Of a stretch of 64,000 nucleotides of DNA, positions 57,093-64,000 are shown piece by piece. The DNA is from Vicugna vicugna. Lineage: Eukaryota. Location: positions 3,491,067 through 3,555,066 of the forward strand of contig MU059758.1 in NCBI GenBank assembly GCA_013265495.1, read 5' to 3'. A model generated the notes under the pieces. It saw only the letters and a list, made by a program, of their open reading frames with translations, searched no databases and was not told the DNA's origin. A program made the translations under genes and the position numbers. Each line of letters begins with the position of its first letter. The first letter of the stretch is position 1.

Positions 57093-60000
57093 GTAGCGGG
57101 GGCGTCTGGGTGGGTCCTTGCTCTCTCTCCGCACGGGGGGCCGGACACCCAAAGGCCGACTTCTGTGGGCTCCCGAGGCTCAGTTGTCCAGGTCACTCCC
57201 TGAGGGACGCCTGCGCCCCAGCACCGACAGGGCTTCACAGTCCAGGAGGCCTTGGGAGCATCTTCCTTGCTTGTGAAAATGCCCCGGACCAGCCCCTCAG
57301 TGGCTCCCATCGCTGGTGGGGGCCTGGAGGCTGCGGCCCCCCGCCCGGCGGAGGCCCTGCCCGCAGGGGTCGGAAGTGGCCGGCCCAGGCCTGGCCTCCT
57401 TCCCTTCCGGTCTCGGCCTCTGCGCCCAAGTGTGTGTGTCCGTATTTTTCTGGAACTTCAGACTTTTTCACAGGAAAACCATTTTTCTTCAGATAACTTT
57501 AGGTACATGCAAGAGGAAGGGTTGAAGAAAAGAATGACGTTGGGTGTAATACAGATGCTGCTCTGTGGTCTGGTTATTAATGTGGGATTAGTTATCTGTG
57601 TGGGGGCAGCACAGTTTGTAACACTAAAGACGTTGGTAGCGTGGTTACCCACAGCTTTTTCGTTTTTAATTCACAGCGACATTATTTCCCTGTAGTTCAC
57701 TTGGGGCTCAAAAGTTTTCTTTTGATTTTCTTTTCTTGACTGCCTTTTACTGTGTGTTTCACAGCTCCAGGTTTCTCACTCGTAATAGTTTGTTTCTATT
57801 TAATTCATGCATCTTACTGTTTCGCCTTTGTCTTTAATGCCAGAAAAATACCCCGAACAACAGCAAAGGCAGGTGTGTTACTGGTACAGTGCTTTTCCCC
57901 AGGCTACTTAAGGGCACCTTTTGTGGGGAGAGTCTTTGTTTTTGTGTGTTTACACTCTGAATTCTGACAGCTTCACCCCTTGCCCCTAGTTTAGGAAACT
58001 GTGTCTGTCCGTCCAGCAAGGAGACTGGAAGTGCCCGGCGGTGCTGCTGGCGGAGAGCGTAGGGCACAGCCTGCCCCGAGGAAGGGCAGCGCTGCTGTGT
58101 GTATAACCCTCTTTGCAGTTTATTTACAAACTCTTCTGTAATATTTTAAGGGCTGTTTTCAGTGATCTTCAAACACAGCAGAATCCCCGAATGGTTCCAG
58201 GGTTTGTCAGGCTGTCCGTGGACCACTTGGACTTAGTACATGAGGCTGCTTGAGTTTTGAGGCTTCGGCTGTTTCTAGTTGCCTTTTCCCCCCGTTAGTT
58301 TGTTTTTTTCACCTTCTTTTTCCCCTGGTTGCTGCTTTATGTGGTATTTCCCACCATCCTGTCTAACCCTGGGCTGTACTTTCCTTAGTCTCCTGATGCA
58401 GTTAGTTTGGTGACTTACAACTCGAAGGGCCGGGTCAGCTGGAGCTTTGTAATGTAGGTCCTGGAAGCTGTTCGCAGGCCAAGTGACCGTGGGGCATGTG
58501 TCCATCATCCAGGCTCTGGACACAGGCAGGCAGCGGGGGGAGGCGGTGAGGATTCCAGAGTTAGGCCAGTGATGGCTCAAGGAAAGGAACTGAGGTTAAA
58601 GCCATTTGTCCTGTCAGCTCAGGACAGGCGAGAATCAGGATCATCAACTAAGTGAGATCTTGGCACTTGACTCTTTTCAGTCAGCCCTTTAATTCCAGCT
58701 TCTCAATAAAAGTTCAGACTCACAGTCACCTTTTTACCTCCTAATCAGTGAGGATGGAGCCAGGTCCTGAAATGGTGTTGCATGAACAGAGCCCACAGGC
58801 CTGGATTCTTGGTGACCCAGTGCCTTTTACTGGGCCTGGTTATTAAACATTGCCTGCATCCTAGGTCCCAGGAGGTAATTTGGGAATATCTGAGCCATGA
58901 ATGATTTGTCACCCTTTACTGGCACTAAAGTTTTGGGGAATAGGGATTCCTTTTGTTATTCACAAAGATAAGAGTGGTCAGCTGCGCTCACGGGGTAAGT
59001 GGCGCTTCCACCCGAAGGGCTGTGACAACTTTCTGTCAGTGGTGGGCGAGGACAGGTCCCTGAGCCGAGGCTGCGGGAAGCCGGGCAGGCGCTCCTTCCT
59101 CGGAAAGTGCCGCACAGTCAGGACCGTCTCTGCGCCCCACTCCTGGTTCAGAGCCTCTGCCGGTGAGGGTGAGTGCCCTGTGCCTCGCGGGCCCTTCGCC
59201 TGGGACAGGTCGCCTGCGCACGGATGCCCTCCCCTCTTCCTTGGTGCTCCTTGGAACTGGCAGCTGCTGGGATCTCTCTCCTTTGTTCCCTCTGCTTCCT
59301 CTTCCTGGATGCCTGTGAACTGGGGGAAGTCCTTGCAGAAACTGTTGGGTCTATCTCCCGGTTTTGCTGAGGATGGCGCTTCTGTTTTCCGCTTCCCGTG
59401 TCGCCCATGGACGGTCCTGGGAGGAAAGGGGGGATAGCAGGGGCCTCACAGCCGGGTTCACCCCAGCGGTTTCATCTTCCCTCCCACGCTCCTCAGGTGT
59501 GCGGCGGGGCTCCCGGTGCTCCCCTGCCGGACACGCCCAGTGCTTTCTCAGCCTGCTCTAACCCAGACTCAGGACCTCATGGGGCAGTGCCTTCCCTCCG
59601 CCAGAAGTTGTCCTTCGGCTCACACAGTGCTTCTCCTCTAGCTAGGATATCCTCACCCCGGCCAGCTTTTTCTCCCAGTCTATTCTTACTCCGTTCTTTT
59701 TGAAGCAAGAATGAAGATTGTTCAATCAGATTGTCGTTTTAGCTGAATGGTTTTGTGCTCTTTTTCCATTGAATCTTGCCTTGGCACCTACTAACTGCCC
59801 CTCCCACGCCTCGTGACATCCAGTGATGTGGTCAGCGCCTTCTCATTCTTTGTCTAAGTTTGATAGAAACATGACACAAGACGTCCTAGAGGGAAGACCC
59901 ATCCGTTTCTAAGTTAAGATCACTACGGTGGCTGCTGTACTTCGGACATGGATTTGAACCTGCTGCATATCTAAGATTCCTGTCTCCCAATCTGTACTTC

Positions 60001-63000
60001 GTTTTGGCCTCACGGAGACTGTCAGGTTATTGGTTAAAGCAAGCAAGAGACATTTGTCTATGGTTTGGCTTGCTACTTTATTTAAAAAAAAAAGAACATT
60101 TCTTAAGGAAGATTTGTTTTTAGCAAACGTCCGGTGCCGTTACAACAACAGTGCATTAAAAATCACTGTGTGAATGACCTTTTAGTTACACATAGGAGAC
60201 GACGTCTGACTTTGCATTGAGGTTCTCTTCTTCAAAAGAAAAAAGGGAAAACTCCAGTTCCCTGTCTGTCCCCGTCTTACCCGTCGTAAAGACAACTCTG
60301 CTCTGTAGACTTTTACACTGGCGGGTGGACCCGGCCAAGGACTTCCCTTGTGGCACTGAGTCACCTTCCCTGCTACTTGCTTCTCCCTTTTTGTTGTTGA
60401 CCTGCTGATGGGATCTTCAGGACTACCCACCGTCAGGATTTTTTTGTATGTATTTTTAAAAAAATCATCTCTCATCTTGATGGGCTGCCCAGGTTTTCAG
60501 CCCTGGAGTGGCACATGTCGCTGGGCCATGGGGCCCACTTGTGCAGTGTTGGGTTACATGTGGGTGTCACCCGTCAGCACCTCCCCCACCGAGAGGACCC
60601 ACGGTCACATGCATGCCTGCAGATGCCAAAGGGCCCACAGTTTTAGTGAGGTGGGTGGACATGGAAGAAATTAAAAACAAAGTAAAGCAAGAGAAAAATT
60701 TTGTTTCGTGTGAAGTGGGATCCTGGTTTCCCAGTGCCCCTGCCCTTCGCCCTTATTTGCTGGAGCACATCCTCCAGGAGTCTCCTGAGCAAGTGTGAAG
60801 ACAAGAGAAGGACTTGAGGGACTCTGCACGGATGGGGGTGTAAGGAACTTGACAGATGATGGAGTGACAGGCCCATAGAAGACCAGCCACACACACAAAA
60901 GTAAGGCAATTAGTAACATTTGGTTTTAACTCGTATGTGACTCAGCCTTCATTGTGGTTTTCGTTTAACCAGACATTATCACGTGGCTAGACTGGGGGCG
61001 TAGGGTGGTGAGGTGCAATGACTGCTCTTTGGGAGAAGTCAATAGATGGTGTCTAAAGTGGAAAGAAATCTAAATAGCTCTGTAAGTACATTATTTAAAA
61101 ATAGGGATGTAAATACTGTGGGAAAAGCTGAAAGCATTGAAAGTGGTTTTGCCTTGGAAGGAAGAGCTGGGAGTGAAGTTTGACAGAAACCTTGTATCCT
61201 TTTTGACTTCTTAAAGTATCTAGCACTTTGATTAAAACATTTAAAACAAATTAAATTGAAAAAGCTACTCATAAAAGCATTTAAGATTTAAATTTCTTAG
61301 TAGCATTTACCTAGATGGAGTCAGGATTTCCCACTGGGCTGGGAGCCCTGCCCTCCATGCAGTTGGAAATAACCCCCAGAAATGGATTCTGCACATCCCA
61401 CCACGTTGGAGCTGACTGTCTCGCAGGAGAATGCAGGCTTTCACTCAGGGTCCAGGCCCACGAGACCAGAGGATGCACACGGAATTCTGTTGCTCGCCAA
61501 GACTCCGGGTGATGACAGCCCGGCGTGGGAAGCAGGAGAGGGACGAGGGGGGCAGACCTGCCCGCAGTGGCCGGGGTGGCCATGGTTCATCGGTGGGGCC
61601 AGCACATGGACGCCATCTGGGGCTGGTTCCCTCTGCTCTGCTTTTCCTTTGCAACTTCCCCATTTCTTCTCTGGAAATGGCCGATTGGGATACTTGCCCG
61701 CATCTGGACTGCCAGGGTGTGCGGCCACCCAGCCGGGCTTCCAGATGGCAGCATCCAGGACTCTAGCTGGAGACTCTCCCCTTGTCTGGCTCTCTCCGGG
61801 AGAGTCCTTGCTGGTAACAGCCAAGGCACTGGCTTTGCTTTTAACTAAAGAATTTTTCAAGATTTTGTAAATTACGAGAGAGGAAAACTCATGTGCAACC
61901 ATGGATTTCCTTTCGTTGTGTGATGCCACGGGGCTAAGCAACACCTTCACTCCAGCATCATTCCTAAAACTGAAAGGACTTTCGGTGGCCTGCGTGATAT
62001 GTAGGGCAGCGGGGCTTGTCTCTAAGGCCGTTGTGGTGGTTGGGGGAGGTCTGTGGTCACGTGGCCTTGGTTAGCACCACACGGTGGCCTGAAAAGAGTT
62101 TTAATCATGCATCCCATCAGTAAAAAAAATTGAGCACGTGTATCTGATAGATACACCTAGTACTTAAATGCTGTACTGATGGGGTTGTGTTCTTAGCAGC
62201 TGTGTGTTTATTGTAAGTGATGTGCTGGTGAAAACCAGTGTGTTCTTTTTGCTCCTGTATTGAAGAAACAGAAGGTGTAAAATAAGAGATCTTAGCTTTG
62301 TCTGCCTGGAAGAGGAAAGGCCCCAGAGCACTGCCTGGATGTGACTCTCAAGTTCTGGGTCATACTGTTCGTGGTAACCTGGGGCGGGGTGGTTTTGTGG
62401 GTCTGACTTTCTGGGAGCTGGTGTTTAGAGGGCAGAGGCCGTCTGTCTGAGGGGTGCGGGGCAGCACACAGGCCCCGAGCGCAGGCCATGCGGTGTCAGG
62501 GCAGGACGGGGTGGGCGCGGAAGTCTAAGTCTTAAAAATAGGAAAAGCTAAAGGCGTTAAGCTGGCAGGTGACCAGCAGCGCTGGGCCAGGGCAGTGGGA
62601 GGAGGTAGAATTTACTAGAGGTGTCTTAGCCATTCAGGTTGTAGTTTCTAATCACCAGGATGGGAACTCAGTTTTTTTTACAACCCAACCCCACCCATGG
62701 AACATGGGGGAGTTCTGTGCATTGAATTCTAAGAACAGACGATGGCGGGGGGCAAAATGAGAATTTTGTGGAGTAAGAGAGGAGGTGGGGCCAGAAGCTG
62801 ACTCCAGACGTCACTGAGAACAGTGGTGCTGGAATTCTCACCCGAAGGGCCGGGTTCCAACCCGCTCTTCCACGTGGAAGACGTTTGTTTACGTCTCTCA
62901 GGAAATCACTGTAAAGTGTCTGCCCTCAGAGGATAGGCTGGCTGAGGGCGGGGAGACCCACCTCCATTGCAGTCCCCTTGTCAGCGCTGGTGTCGGATGT

Positions 63001-64000
63001 CCCTGTAGCCTTCCCCCAGACTGCTGGTTTACTGGCCGACGTCTGTCACAAAGGCCCGTGGTGCTGACTGCTTCCTGGGTCTTGAGAAGTCCGGTGCTGT
63101 GGCTTCTCCAGAGCTGTGCTGGCCACGCAGGACGGTTGAAATTTAAGTGAACGTCAGTGAAATAGAACCAAGAGCTCAGTTCCTCCCCATATGTGAAAAA
63201 CTGTCCCGGCTCAGGGGCTCAGGAGCAACGTGGGGTGAGGGGGAACCCGTACCGGGGGTCTGAGGCCAGCGCTTTTCAGTCGCGGGGGGAGTCGGCTGAT
63301 TTTATGCCCCGCGTGGTGGACGTGCTTTGCTGGCTGGCGGGCGTCCGAGGCCGGGTGAGACCCGCCACTCTGCGCCGTGGGAGAGGAGAGGCTGTGAGAG
63401 CGAGCCCGGGGCTCACCTGGGGACGGGGTGCAGGTGGTGCCGGGTCAGCGTGGAGGCAGAGGCCCGTGACCTGGGGCTTAGTAGCTGGGCGACACTGGGT
63501 GCACCACTCTTCTGAGCCCATTCCCTCCTTTGTGGCACGGGAGTGACGTGCCTGCGTCCTGGGGTGGCTGTGAGAATCACATTAGGGGAAGGAAACGTGG
63601 GTGCTTGGCCTGGCCTGCGAGAGCCGCAGGGAGCGCGTGCTCGGTGGTGGCTTTGTGTCCGTGGTGAGGATGGCGGGCCCCTTGTCCACGTTGACGGCAG
63701 CACCTCCCTCCCTGGTGGGTGCTTCCTTTCTCCCCCTTTTAGATGCTCCTCTCCTTCCTGCGCTGCTTCTGTTCTCCTCTAGTCATTGCTTTTTCTTCTG
63801 GCCTAAGGGTCCGGGGTGACTGTTAGTGATGCTCAAGGGTAAGAAATCCCCTGTCTCTACGTTCCACGGGGAATAACTGCCCCCAAAACAGAGCCGGGCT
63901 CTGACCAGTACTTAGGCCGAGGGCAGCGTGGGGAGAACTGGCCCGTGGAGGGGGGTCCACAGATGCGGCCTTGTCAGCGCAGCATCCTGAGAGCGCGGTG

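Noticed and set aside
57900-64000. MAP4K4 exon 13 (QQRREREARRQQ...)
   Set aside because: No such Q/E/R-coding segment was found in any frame, so it presumably lies beyond the window.

Overview
This is mammalian genomic DNA, not microbial. It is an internal 64 kb slice of the MAP4K4 (HGK/NIK, STE20 GCK-IV family Ser/Thr kinase) gene on the + strand. Ten coding exons (exons 3-12, numbered by analogy to the human canonical transcript as I recall it) lie at 23664-57092. All have AG/GT boundaries and splice in one continuous frame into 1110 nt (370 codons, about residues 42-411). They cover most of the kinase domain (AAIK lysine, [15 protein letters not shown]), the acidic linker and the start of the Q/E/R-rich coiled coil. 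Positions 1-23663 are the 3' end of the long intron 2; exons 1-2 and 13 onward are outside the window. The introns hold old mammalian repeats (L1M, L2, MIR, a MER21-like LTR), microsatellites and three tRNA-Ala-derived SINEs that suggest a camelid genome (inference from recalled SINE structure). Almost all entries in the supplied ORF track are chance ORFs in GC-rich introns. I found no evidence of a new self-contained biological system. The best leads are modest and mostly concern splicing or evolution: an intronic mini-ORF resembling the kinase family's own N-terminus (8082-8147); exon-by-exon swings in GC3 (6/19 to 69/70); an inverted SINE pair flanking exons 5-8; candidate poison or micro-exons; an in-frame cryptic donor that would delete the activation loop; a possible kinase-only intronic polyadenylation isoform; and a G4/Z-DNA/G4 cluster. 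All repeat and motif calls were made by eye without database searches.
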